A stretch of 64,000 nt of DNA. It comes from an uncultured Verrucomicrobiae bacterium (GTDB lineage: Bacteria; Verrucomicrobiota; Verrucomicrobiia; Chthoniobacterales; UBA10450). The DNA is taken from positions 576,001 to 640,000 of the forward strand of contig CAVYXA010000003.1 of assembly GCA_963772365.1 (NCBI GenBank), read 5' to 3'. The position numbers and the translations under genes were made by a program. The first letter of the stretch is position 1. The number at the start of each line of letters is the position of its first letter. Below, one piece after another: positions 34,325 to 43,617 of this stretch. The notes under the pieces are model-generated. The model searched no databases. It saw only the letters and a program-made list of their open reading frames with translations, and was not told the DNA's origin.

Positions 34325-35680
34325 ATGAACGTCGCCATCGTTGGCCGGCCGAACGTGGGTAAATCGGCGTTATTCAATCGCTTGATTGGGCGGAAAATCG
34401 CGATTGTGCACGACCAGCCGGGAATTACGCGCGATCGAATTTCCGCATCGTGCACACGCGGACCACGCCCGTTTGTCCTTTGGGATACAGGCGGCGTTCT
34501 GGGTGCCGGCCAATCTGAATTGACCGGACACGTTCGACGTGGTGTGGAGCAGGCAATCGTTGAAAGCGATTTGCTCCTCTTCGTCGTCGATGCAAAAAGC
34601 GGACTGTCACCGATTGATGAGGAGTTCGCCAGATTGCTTCGGCGTTCTGGCAAACCGATCGTGCTTGTTATCAATAAAATCGACATCGACAAACAGGAAA
34701 CGCTGGCGGCGGATTTCTCGTCCCTGGGCTTTGAACGCAGTATCGTGATCAGCGCGGAACATAATCGCGGCATCGATCGGCTAGTCGAAGTAATCGATCC
34801 ACTTTTGCCAGAGCAGGCTGGGACCGAAGATCGACAGTCGAGAATCAAAGACCAGCTGAACATTGCAATTATCGGTCGTCCGAACGTAGGGAAATCTTCC
34901 CTGGTTAACGCCATTGTAAGAAATGAGCGCGCGATCGTGAGCGAATTACCCGGGACAACGCGCGACGCCGTCGACATCATCTATGAACGCGACGGTGAGC
35001 ATTACACTTTCATCGACACCGCCGGAATTCGGAAACGTGGAAGACATTCCAGTTCGGTGGAGGTCTTCAGCGTGATGCGCGCGGAGCGAACGATCCGGAG
35101 AGCGAACCTGTGCGTTTTGATTGTCGATGTTACGACTGGCGTGACCGCGCAAGACAAGAAGATCGCCGGGCTCGTGCAGAAGTCCGGCAAGGCTGCGATT
35201 GTTGTCGTAAACAAAATTGATCTTCTCGATCAAGGACGCGGCACCAGGAAATTCGTTGACCAAATTATGACCGTTACACAAGAACGGCTTTTCTTTCTCG
35301 ACCATGCTCCGGTTCTATGGACGTCCGCATTGACCGGTGAGCATGTTCAAAAGCTTTTTCGATTGATCAAACAGGTTCAGCGTGCGGCAAAAGCGCGCAT
35401 CGGAACCGGTGTTCTCAATCGATTGCTCAGAGCAGCCGTCGATGCCAATCCTCCGCCGATGCGAAAAGGAAAACGTCTCAAGCTTTTTTATGCCGCGCAG
35501 GCGCACGGTAAAGAAGATCGACAACTGCAACCGCCCGAGTTCGTTTTGTTCGTAAACGACCCGGGATTGTTGACGCAACCTTACGAACGTTATTTGCAGG
35601 CACAGATTCGCGAAGCTGAGCCATATCCAGGCCTGCCGGTTTTTTTGACGCTACGCCCGCGTAGCGAGAAAGGAAAATAG
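34325..35680 (+). CDS. der: Ribosome biogenesis GTPase Der (EngA)
   Basis: Two GRPNVGKS G-domains with DTGG/DTAG and NKID, C-terminal PPEFVLF. Confidence 0.97.
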   Translation: MNVAIVGRPNVGKSALFNRLIGRKIAIVHDQPGITRDRISASCTRGPRPFVLWDTGGVLGAGQSELTGHVRRGVEQAIVESDLLLFVVDAKSGLSPIDEEFARLLRRSGKPIVLVINKIDIDKQETLAADFSSLGFERSIVISAEHNRGIDRLVEVIDPLLPEQAGTEDRQSRIKDQLNIAIIGRPNVGKSSLVNAIVRNERAIVSELPGTTRDAVDIIYERDGEHYTFIDTAGIRKRGRHSSSVEVFSVMRAERTIRRANLCVLIVDVTTGVTAQDKKIAGLVQKSGKAAIVVVNKIDLLDQGRGTRKFVDQIMTVTQERLFFLDHAPVLWTSALTGEHVQKLFRLIKQVQRAAKARIGTGVLNRLLRAAVDANPPPMRKGKRLKLFYAAQAHGKEDRQLQPPEFVLFVNDPGLLTQPYERYLQAQIREAEPYPGLPVFLTLRPRSEKGK

Positions 35681-35748
35681 CTTCGCCGTCGCTGGAACTG
35701 CGGTTGCGAATCGAACATTCGGCGAGAAAATCTGTCTCAAAAACACAC

Positions 35749-36735
35749 ATGAAATCGACTCAGGAAATCACGCATGAAGTGCAAGAGCTTGGGCAATGGA
35801 TTCCCGCGGTTCGTCAACAGGTTGGCCACGTCGTCATCGGGCAGAAATATCTGATCGATCGCCTTTTGCTCGGGCTCCTCGCCAACGGGCATATCTTGCT
35901 GGAAGGCGTTCCCGGCCTGGCAAAGACCTTGGCTGTGAAGACGATGGCCGCCTGTATTCAGACCGGTTTTCAGCGCCTGCAATTTACGCCCGATCTGTTG
36001 CCAGCGGACTTAATTGGCACCCTGATTTACAATCCGCGCACCGGAGAATTTTCGACAAAGCTCGGCCCGATTTTCTCCAATCTGATTTTGGCCGACGAAA
36101 TCAATCGCGCGCCGGCGAAGGTGCAGAGCGCGTTGCTCGAAGCGATGCAGGAACGTCAGGTTACGATTGGGGAAAAAACCTATCCGCTGTCTGATCCGTT
36201 TCTGGTACTGGCGACGCAGAATCCGATTGAGCAGGAAGGCACGTATCAATTGCCGGAGGCGCAGCTCGATCGATTCATGCTGAAACTGAATATCGGCTAT
36301 CCGCAAAAAATCGAGGAACGCAAGATTCTCGATTTAATGGCCACTTCCGCGCCCGACCTGCGTGTCAATCCGGTTATTGAGCCGAAGCAAATTATCGCGT
36401 CCCGGGATGTCGTGAATCACATCTACATCGACGATCGGGTGAAGGATTACATTGTCGATGTTGTCTGGGCGACGCGAGAGCCTTCGACTTACAATTTGAA
36501 TCTCGAGGGGTTGATTCGCTACGGCGCATCGCCGCGGGCCACGATCTATCTGGCGCTGGGTGCGCGAGCCCATGCGTTTCTGAATGGCCGCGGCTACGTG
36601 ACACCGCAGGACGTGAAAAGCATCGGTCCGGATGTGTTGCGCCATCGAATCATCGTGAGCTACGAAGCCGAAGCCGAGGCGGTAACGAGCGAGACAATCA
36701 TCGAAAGGATTTTCGCCGGATTGCCGGTGCCGTGA
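35749..36735 (+). CDS. MoxR family AAA+ ATPase
   Basis: HILLEGVPGLAKT, QFTPDLLPAD, ADEINRAPAKVQSALLEAMQE, LPEAQLDRF. Confidence 0.96.
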   Translation: MKSTQEITHEVQELGQWIPAVRQQVGHVVIGQKYLIDRLLLGLLANGHILLEGVPGLAKTLAVKTMAACIQTGFQRLQFTPDLLPADLIGTLIYNPRTGEFSTKLGPIFSNLILADEINRAPAKVQSALLEAMQERQVTIGEKTYPLSDPFLVLATQNPIEQEGTYQLPEAQLDRFMLKLNIGYPQKIEERKILDLMATSAPDLRVNPVIEPKQIIASRDVVNHIYIDDRVKDYIVDVVWATREPSTYNLNLEGLIRYGASPRATIYLALGARAHAFLNGRGYVTPQDVKSIGPDVLRHRIIVSYEAEAEAVTSETIIERIFAGLPVP

Positions 36736-36748
36736 GTGCATGCGAGCA

Positions 36749-36842
36749 CGTCATTCCGAGCGAAGTCGAGGAATCCCGTGGCGCTGCCTGAAACGTAACT
36801 TCATGGAGTCCTTGGGCTCGGCTTTACTGCGCTCGGGGTGAC
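36749..36842. repeat. Left REP-like palindromic unit (GTCATTCCGAGCG...CGCTCGGGGTGAC)
   Basis: Imperfect long inverted repeat; same family as 37178-37230 and 55868-55959. Confidence 0.8.
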
Positions 36843-36852
36843 AGTCTGGAGT

Positions 36853-37176
36853 ATGCAACATCAAAATTACTTCGTTTACATTTTGACGAATGCAGATCGT
36901 CACACGGTTCTTTACATCGGTGTCACAAACAGCCTCGAACGCCGCGGTAGCGAACACTCACTCGGTCGTGGGAGCGTTTTTGCAAAGCAGTACAATGCGC
37001 ACAAGCTGATTTATTACGAAGCCTATCCCGATCCGACGACGGCAATCGCTCGAGAAAAGCAGCTGAAACGATGGCGCCGGGCCAAGAAAGAAGCCCTTAT
37101 CGCACGGACCAACCCGGAATGGAAGGATCTGGTTGAAGAAATGTACGCTGTTCGAACTAGCGGAGGTTCTCGGTAG
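36853..37176 (+). CDS. GIY-YIG nuclease superfamily protein (small stand-alone type, 107 aa)
   Basis: YFVYIL..VLYIGVTNSLERR..EH..F...Y....LIYYE.Y.....AIAREKQLKRWRRAKKEALI...NPEWKDL. Confidence 0.93.
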   Translation: MQHQNYFVYILTNADRHTVLYIGVTNSLERRGSEHSLGRGSVFAKQYNAHKLIYYEAYPDPTTAIAREKQLKRWRRAKKEALIARTNPEWKDLVEEMYAVRTSGGSR

Positions 37177-38123
37177 TGCCGCGGGATCCCTCGACTCCGG
37201 TCGCTGCGGCGACCTCCGTTCGGGATGACGGCCATGCGACCGCCACGGCTGAAATCCTCAAGAAAATTCGCGCTCTGGAAATCAAGACTCGCGGTCTGGT
37301 GGAAGCTGCTTTCGCGGGCGATTATCACAGTGTCTTCAAGGGACGGGGAATGAACTTCTCCGACGTCCGCGAATACCAGCCGGGCGACGATATTCGGGCG
37401 ATCGATTGGAATGTCACGGCGCGGCTCGGAAATGCGTTTGTAAAGCAGTTCACCGAAGAGCGCGAGTTGACGGTCATGTTGATTGTCGATGTTAGCGCAT
37501 CGGGGAATTTCGGGAGCACGACACAATCAAAGCGCGAGCTGGCGGCTGAAGTTGCCTGTCTGCTCGCGTTCAGCGCGATCCGGAACAATGACAAAGTAGG
37601 ATTGCTCCTCTTCACGGATCACGTGGAATTGTTCATTCCGCCCAAAAAAGGGAGCTCCCACACGCTGCGGCTTATTCGCGAGATTTTGTTTTTCAAACCG
37701 CAGGGCCGCGGGACGGAGCCGGGATTGGCCCTCGATTATCTTAACAAAATTGTGACGCGTCGATCGGTCGTTTTTCTTATTTCGGATTTTCAAGCGCCGG
37801 ATTTCTCGCAAGCGCTTGCCGTAACCGGCCGCCGTCACGATTTGATTGCTGTTCATATTCATGATGAGCGCGAGAAAGTGTTGCCCAATATAGGGATCAT
37901 TACGCTGGAGGACGCAGAGACCGGCGAGCAAATCGAGCTGAACACAACTGATCGCGGCACGAGGAGTCGTTTTGCCGAGGAAGCGGAGCAGCAGGATGCG
38001 GAACTGTCGAAGTTGCTTCGACGAAACAATATCGACTCCATCGCGTTACAAACCGGCCAGGATTATCTACCTGCCTTGCGATCGTTTTTTAAACAGCGCG
38101 AACGTCGTTTAGCCATTCGATAA
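37176..38123 (+). CDS. DUF58 domain-containing protein
   Basis: HSVFKGRGMNFSDVREYQPGDDIRAIDWNVTAR, EERELTV.LIVDVSAS, FLISDF. Confidence 0.93.
   Translation: MPRDPSTPVAAATSVRDDGHATATAEILKKIRALEIKTRGLVEAAFAGDYHSVFKGRGMNFSDVREYQPGDDIRAIDWNVTARLGNAFVKQFTEERELTVMLIVDVSASGNFGSTTQSKRELAAEVACLLAFSAIRNNDKVGLLLFTDHVELFIPPKKGSSHTLRLIREILFFKPQGRGTEPGLALDYLNKIVTRRSVVFLISDFQAPDFSQALAVTGRRHDLIAVHIHDEREKVLPNIGIITLEDAETGEQIELNTTDRGTRSRFAEEAEQQDAELSKLLRRNNIDSIALQTGQDYLPALRSFFKQRERRLAIR
37178..37230. repeat. Right half-repeat with an inserted GGTCGCTGCGGCGACC hairpin
   Basis: GCCGCGGGATCCCTCGACTC-CGGTCGCTGCGGCGACCTC-CGTTCGGGATGACG, inverted relative to 36749. Confidence 0.8.
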
Positions 38124-38126
38124 GAA

Positions 38127-38642
38127 ATGAAAATTGGAATTTTAATTGCGGAAAAATTCAACGATATCGCTCCGCCGATTGATTATTCATTGGTTCCGCC
38201 GTGGTTGGTGTTCGTCGCGGTGTTCGTCGGTTTGACAGTATTGGGATTGATTGTGTGGCTGATCACACGGTCACGTAAGCAGGTCGTGCCGACCAAGTCA
38301 GCTCGTGCACATGCACTGGAACAGCTCGAGCGGATGCAGGGCGAAGTGGAACGAACGCAGCCGTATCGATTCAGCATCCATGTGTCCGACGTTCTCCGGC
38401 GTTACGTGACCGAGCAGTTTAACCTGCCCGTTACGCGTCAGACTTCCGTGGAATTTCTCTCGTCACTGGCGAATTTCTCGACATTTTCCGAAGAGGAAAA
38501 GCAGTTGCTCGAGGATTTTTTGAATCGCTGCGATCTGATCAAGTTCGCGCGTTACGAAGCCACGGCGTCGGATAGTCGGTTACTCCTGGATGAAGCGATC
38601 CGGTTTGTGAAAGGAGGCGAACTTGCAGCTGCATCTGTTTGA
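38127..38642 (+). CDS. Single-TM bat-operon protein (DUF4381-like)
   Basis: DIAPP, TM, LRRYV..F....TRQTSVEFL, CDLIKFA; sits between DUF58 and batA. Confidence 0.75.
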   Translation: MKIGILIAEKFNDIAPPIDYSLVPPWLVFVAVFVGLTVLGLIVWLITRSRKQVVPTKSARAHALEQLERMQGEVERTQPYRFSIHVSDVLRRYVTEQFNLPVTRQTSVEFLSSLANFSTFSEEEKQLLEDFLNRCDLIKFARYEATASDSRLLLDEAIRFVKGGELAAASV

Positions 38643-39681
38643 TGGATGGCCTGGGCACAGCGCACTGACTTTTGCGCGTCCATGGCTGCTCTTGCTTCTG
38701 CTGTTGATTCCATTGCTCGCCTGGTTGCGAGGCAAACGCGGGCCGTCGGCTGCATTGACATTTTCATCGACGACAACGCTACGAGCGATTGGAAAACATA
38801 GCCAAGCTCGGGTCGGCAAAATCCTGCGAACATCGTTGTTGGCAAGCCTTGCGATTTTTGTTGTTGCCCTGGCGCGCCCGCAATTGGGCAAGAGTCTTAC
38901 TCAGGTGGAGGCGAGCGGGATCGACATCATGGTCGTGCTGGACGTTTCCGGATCAATGCTGACGAAGGATTTCACGATCGGCGGAGATCTGGCTACGCGA
39001 GTGGACGCCATCCGCGATGTGACTCAAAAGTTTATCGAGCGCCGACCTAACGACCGAATCGGGATCATCGCCTTCGCCGGCCGTCCCTATGTAGTCAGTC
39101 CGATGACGCTCGATCATGGTTGGCTGATTCAAAATTTGGACCGGGTTCGTATCGGATTGGTCGAGGACGGCACTGCCATCGGCTCGGCAATCGCGGCCGC
39201 CGGAAATCGTTTGAACGACAAGCATTCAAAGAGTCGAGTGATTGTCCTGCTGACTGATGGGGAAAATAACGCAGGCAAAATCCCGCCGAACACTGCCGCC
39301 GAAGCGATAAAGGCTTTGAAGATTCATTTATACGCAATTGGTGCTGGCACGAATGGCCTCGCCTTGGCTCCGGTCTTTACTCCGCGCGGGCCCCTTACGG
39401 ACGCATTTGGGAATGTTATCTATGAGAGACAACCAGTGCAGTTCAACGAGACCGGCTTAAAGGAAGTGGCACGCATCGCAGATGGACGTTTTTTTCGCGC
39501 GACCGACACGAAGTCACTGGAGCAAATTTATGACGACATCGACAAGATGGAGAAAACCACGGTGAACGTGAAGAAGTATCAGGAGTATCGCGATTTGTTT
39601 CCGATTTGCGTGATGAGCGGTCTGGGATTGGTCGTTGCTCAGCTTCTGTTGTCGCAAACGATTTGGAAAAAGCTGCCATGA
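38623..39681 (+). CDS. batA: VWA domain protein BatA
   Basis: FARPWLLL, ALARPQ, DVSGSM MIDAS, DRIGIIAFA, GTAIG, LLTDGENN. Confidence 0.88.
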   Translation: MQLHLFDGWPGHSALTFARPWLLLLLLLIPLLAWLRGKRGPSAALTFSSTTTLRAIGKHSQARVGKILRTSLLASLAIFVVALARPQLGKSLTQVEASGIDIMVVLDVSGSMLTKDFTIGGDLATRVDAIRDVTQKFIERRPNDRIGIIAFAGRPYVVSPMTLDHGWLIQNLDRVRIGLVEDGTAIGSAIAAAGNRLNDKHSKSRVIVLLTDGENNAGKIPPNTAAEAIKALKIHLYAIGAGTNGLALAPVFTPRGPLTDAFGNVIYERQPVQFNETGLKEVARIADGRFFRATDTKSLEQIYDDIDKMEKTTVNVKKYQEYRDLFPICVMSGLGLVVAQLLLSQTIWKKLP

Positions 39682-41729
39682 CCTTTGGTGCGCCAGAATG
39701 GTTTTGGGGATTGCTGCTGATTCCCGTTTTGATCGCGATCTTTGTTCGCGGGGAACAGCGGGGAGCGGAACGGCTGCGCGAATTCGTTTCGGCTAAATTG
39801 CTGCCGCAACTTGCTGGAACGGTGAATCGCCGCCGGCGTCTATTTCGATTCGGTTTGCAACTGCTCGGCGTTGCGCTGGCGGTGATCTGTCTGGCGCAGC
39901 CGCGATGGGGCTACACGTTTCAAAACGTCAAGCGTAAGGGGCTGGATCTGCTGATTGCTGTGGATACATCACGCAGCATGCTCTCCAACGATGTTCAGCC
40001 CAATCGGCTCGAACGCGTCAAGCTTGCCGCCCATGATTTGATCGCAGAGCTCCAAGGGGATCGCGTGGGTTTGATTGCATTTGCCGGGCGCGCTTTTCTC
40101 CAGGCGCCGCTCACCATTGATTATTCTGCTGCGCTGGAATCAATCATTGATCTCGATACCGAAACCATCCCGGAGGGCGGGACCAATATTTCGGAGGCGA
40201 TCTCGCTCGCAGCCGAAACTTTTGGAAAGAGCGCAATGGGCAATCGCGCGCTCATTATTTTTACGGATGGCGAAGAGTTGAGCGGCGACGCCGTGAAAGC
40301 TGCGAAAGCAGCGGCTGATAAAGGTTTACGGATTTTCACGGTTGGCGTCGGGACGCCGCAGGGGTCGCTCATTCCGGTTACAAGCGAAGATGGAGCCACG
40401 GCATTCGTGAAGAATCCGGAAGGGCAGGTCGTGAAATCGAAACTGGATGAAAAACGGCTAAGCGAAATTGCGCAGGCCGCGGGTGGTTTCTATCTGCATT
40501 TAGAAAACGGACCTCGGACAATGAAACAACTTTATTCCGAAGGTCTGGCGAAAATGCAGGCGGGCGAGATCGACGCCCGTTTGTCGCGGCGTCCGATCGA
40601 GCGATACGAATGGCCGTTAGGCGCGGCATTAATAGCTCTGGCGTTGTCGATGTTAATTAGCGACCGAGATCGTAAGCGGACCCGGGAGCGAAGCCTGGTC
40701 TCGGCGCCCGCAAAGATAACCGCGGCAACAGCTGCGTTGATCCTTTGTGTGTCTCCGTTTGTTTTTGGGGCTGCGCCCGGACTCGATGCCTATCGAGACG
40801 GAAAATTTAACGATGCATATGATGCATTTCAGGACACGCTAAAGGCGCACCCGCAGTCGCGAGTTGAAGACAAACTTCAATTCGATTCCGGAGCGGCCGC
40901 TTACAAGATGAAGGAGTATGCGAAAGCGCTTCAATCATTTAGCCAAGCATTGCTTTCCCCTGATACCGGTTTGCAAGCCAAGAGCCATTACAATCTTGGC
41001 AACACGCTTTACCAGCAGGGTGAAGAGCAAAAGAGCAAACAGAACAAGCTCAATGATTGGCGGAACGCGCTCGAGCATTACCAGCAGACGCTCAAAATCG
41101 ACCCTCACAATCAGCCGGCAAAGGAAAACTACGAATACGTCAAAAAGAAGATCGACGACCTCAAAAAAGAGCAACCGCCGCCATCGCCGACTCCCTCGCC
41201 ATCACCTCAGGAAAACAACCAAAAAAAACAACAGCAACAACAAAGCGGTGGCCGAGGGCAGCAGCAGCAACAAAACCAGCAGAACCAATCCCAAAATCAG
41301 CAATCACAGAACAAGAAAGAGCAAAACAAGAATCAGCAGTCGCAGAACAAGAACGAGCAACAACAATCCAAACAATCTTCGCCAGGAGAATCGCCATCAC
41401 CATCGCCCGGTCAGGGACAGCAGAAGCAGGAGCAAACAGGAATTTCTCCGACACCGAGTCCGACGGAAGGATCGGGGCATGGGACAACTCCGTCACCTGC
41501 CCCGTCGGGATCACCGCAACAAAAATTGGCCGGCGAGCTGAAAGAGGCGGGCGAAAAACCGGAAACGAAACAAGAGAAGAACGGCGAAGTAGCCGAGGCT
41601 GAAAAGGAGAAGGAAGGCGAGATGAGTGAGAGGCAAGCGCTGGCTCTGCTGAAATCGATGAAGGATGAGGAAGCCAAGGTGCAGCTTGATGAACACCGGG
41701 CCTCACGTCATGTCTATAAGGATTGGTAA
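39678..41729 (+). CDS. VWA + TPR fusion (BatB/BatC-like) with Gln/Asn-rich tail
   Basis: DTSRSM MIDAS, FTDGEE, TPR HYNLGNTLY, Q-rich linker, C-terminal KDW; ATGA overlap with batA. Confidence 0.88.
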   Translation: MTFGAPEWFWGLLLIPVLIAIFVRGEQRGAERLREFVSAKLLPQLAGTVNRRRRLFRFGLQLLGVALAVICLAQPRWGYTFQNVKRKGLDLLIAVDTSRSMLSNDVQPNRLERVKLAAHDLIAELQGDRVGLIAFAGRAFLQAPLTIDYSAALESIIDLDTETIPEGGTNISEAISLAAETFGKSAMGNRALIIFTDGEELSGDAVKAAKAAADKGLRIFTVGVGTPQGSLIPVTSEDGATAFVKNPEGQVVKSKLDEKRLSEIAQAAGGFYLHLENGPRTMKQLYSEGLAKMQAGEIDARLSRRPIERYEWPLGAALIALALSMLISDRDRKRTRERSLVSAPAKITAATAALILCVSPFVFGAAPGLDAYRDGKFNDAYDAFQDTLKAHPQSRVEDKLQFDSGAAAYKMKEYAKALQSFSQALLSPDTGLQAKSHYNLGNTLYQQGEEQKSKQNKLNDWRNALEHYQQTLKIDPHNQPAKENYEYVKKKIDDLKKEQPPPSPTPSPSPQENNQKKQQQQQSGGRGQQQQQNQQNQSQNQQSQNKKEQNKNQQSQNKNEQQQSKQSSPGESPSPSPGQGQQKQEQTGISPTPSPTEGSGHGTTPSPAPSGSPQQKLAGELKEAGEKPETKQEKNGEVAEAEKEKEGEMSERQALALLKSMKDEEAKVQLDEHRASRHVYKDW

Positions 41730-41737
41730 GGGGAATC

Positions 41738-41764
41738 TTTGATGTTTGATGTTTGATGTTTGAT
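41738..41764. repeat. Heptamer tandem repeat (TTTGATG), just under 4 copies
   Basis: tttgatgtttgatgtttgatgtttgat between batBC and batD. Confidence 0.9.
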
Positions 41765-41769
41765 CTAAG

Positions 41770-43617
41770 ATGTGCGGGCGTAACCAACGTAGTTGTCTTT
41801 CAGTTTGCATTCTGCTGTTGCTGTCGATTTTTCTTTCGCGGCAAGCGTGGGCGGATTCACCGAGCGTCACGGCTGTATTGGGCAATTCGGAGGTGGAAGT
41901 TGGGCAAACCGTTCGGCTGCAGATTCGGGTGACGGGCGGGCACAACGTGGATGCGCCGGACCAGATCGCCGTGGATGGACTCGAAATAAGCCGTACCGGC
42001 ACATCGCAAAATTTTGAAATGAACAATTTTACCGTCACTTCGAGCGTGACCTACGAGTACACGGTTCTTCCACTTAGAGAGGGCACATTTAAGATTCCGC
42101 CGCAAACAATTCGGGTCGCCGGGAAATCGCTTCAGACTCCCGAACTCACGCTGCACGTCATCAATTCGGCCAATTCAAATGCTCGCTCGGGACAGGCGAG
42201 AAAGGCAGAGCCGCAGCGAGCGGCCGCTGGAAAACTTGCCTTTGCAGAATTGATAGTGCCTAAGCAAAGCTCCTTTGTCGGAGAGATGGTGCCCGTTCAG
42301 ATTCGGCTCGGATTCGAGGCCCGATCTCAGCCGCGTTTGATCGATGGTCCGGAAATAACCGGCCAGGGATTCACTGCGCAGAAACTTCAACAATCCGGAG
42401 AGCGACTCGAAACCATTGACGGCAGGACGTACTCGGTGGTGACATTTAAATCCGCGATTGCCGCCGCTCGAGCCGGCAAACTTGAAATTGGTCCGGTGAA
42501 AGCGAGAGCGCAGATTTTTGTGCCGCGACGATCGCGGCCGCAACAGCGGGGACGTTCGCCTTTCGACATTTTTGATTTGAACGATCCCTTTTCCGATCCG
42601 TTCTTCAGCGATCCGTTCGGTCAAATGAGGGAGCGACGGGAAGTACAAGTGCAAAGTGAGCCGGTCAGCTTTGAAGTAAAGCCGCTGCCGCCAAACGCGC
42701 CGCCGCAATTCTCCGGAGCAATTGGTAATTTCACGATGAACACAGAAGCCAAACCGACGAATCTACAGGTTGGGGACCCGATTACCGTAACATCGACAAT
42801 TACCGGTCGCGGCAACTTCGATCGTGCGAATGCTCCAGTCCTGCAAGATCAGCAGGGTTGGCACGAGTATCCGCCATCGGCGAAATTCAACCAGGATGAC
42901 GACGTCGGAATCAGCGGGACGAAGAGTTTCGAAATGGTCATTTCGCCCAACGAAAAGAAAAAGGCGATTCCGCCTTTGGTCTTCGCCTATTTCGATCCAG
43001 CAAAGGGAGATTATGTGACGCTGCGAAGCGATCCGGTGCCGATCAATGTGGAGGGAGGCTCAGCCAGTGTTGCGGCGGTTCAACCTGCCTCGCCTGCAGC
43101 GCCCGTTCCGGAACAAAAGCCAGCCGATATTCTGTATCAACTGAACGACTTTGGTCGCGCGCGATCCTTCACTCCTCTTTATATGCAACCTGTTTTTTGG
43201 GCGGCTCAGATTGTTCCTTTGATCGGGTTGCTCGGGTTCGCCGGCTGGCGAATTCGACAAAATAAGATCGACAATCGCGAAGCGCGACGGATCGCGACGC
43301 TGGAGAACGAAGCGGCACAACTGATGAGGAGCTTGCGGCGAGGGGATTCGTCGCCGCAGGAATATTACGCCGACGCGTCTCGAATGGTGCGGATCAAGAC
43401 AGCGCTTGCCGCGCGCGACAAGGCGATTAATCCCAATGTCGTCGATTTTGAGATGGCGGCAGCGACGTTTCAGATCGATCCCGATTTACACGAGCGGCTT
43501 CGGCAATTGTTTGAGCGCAGCGACGAATTGCAATACAGCGGTGCCCCAAACGGTGCGGAAAACGTTTCGCGAGAAAACCGGAAAGAAATTTTGGAATTGA
43601 TCGAGCACTTGAAATGA
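41770..43617 (+). CDS. batD: BatD family protein
   Basis: Signal peptide, Ig-like repeats (VEVGQTV.L, EGTFKIPP, FSGAIGNF, QVGDPIT, GRGN), C-terminal TM; operon context. Confidence 0.85.
   Translation: MCGRNQRSCLSVCILLLLSIFLSRQAWADSPSVTAVLGNSEVEVGQTVRLQIRVTGGHNVDAPDQIAVDGLEISRTGTSQNFEMNNFTVTSSVTYEYTVLPLREGTFKIPPQTIRVAGKSLQTPELTLHVINSANSNARSGQARKAEPQRAAAGKLAFAELIVPKQSSFVGEMVPVQIRLGFEARSQPRLIDGPEITGQGFTAQKLQQSGERLETIDGRTYSVVTFKSAIAAARAGKLEIGPVKARAQIFVPRRSRPQQRGRSPFDIFDLNDPFSDPFFSDPFGQMRERREVQVQSEPVSFEVKPLPPNAPPQFSGAIGNFTMNTEAKPTNLQVGDPITVTSTITGRGNFDRANAPVLQDQQGWHEYPPSAKFNQDDDVGISGTKSFEMVISPNEKKKAIPPLVFAYFDPAKGDYVTLRSDPVPINVEGGSASVAAVQPASPAAPVPEQKPADILYQLNDFGRARSFTPLYMQPVFWAAQIVPLIGLLGFAGWRIRQNKIDNREARRIATLENEAAQLMRSLRRGDSSPQEYYADASRMVRIKTALAARDKAINPNVVDFEMAAATFQIDPDLHERLRQLFERSDELQYSGAPNGAENVSRENRKEILELIEHLK

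Larger units (their letters stand above)
36749..37230. mobile_element. Candidate GIY-YIG cassette bounded by inverted CGTC-type palindromic repeats
   Basis: Left end CGTCATTCCGAGCG-AAGTCGAGGAATCCCGTGGC; reverse complement of right end CGTCATCCCGAACG-[GAGGTCGCCGCAGCGACCG]-GAGTCGAGGGATCCCGCGGC; interrupts the moxR-DUF58 pair. Confidence 0.65.

Noticed and set aside
41170..41520. CAG/CAA repeat region and long overlapping ORFs
   Set aside because: Encodes the Gln-rich linker of BatBC; the alternative ORFs are by-products of low complexity
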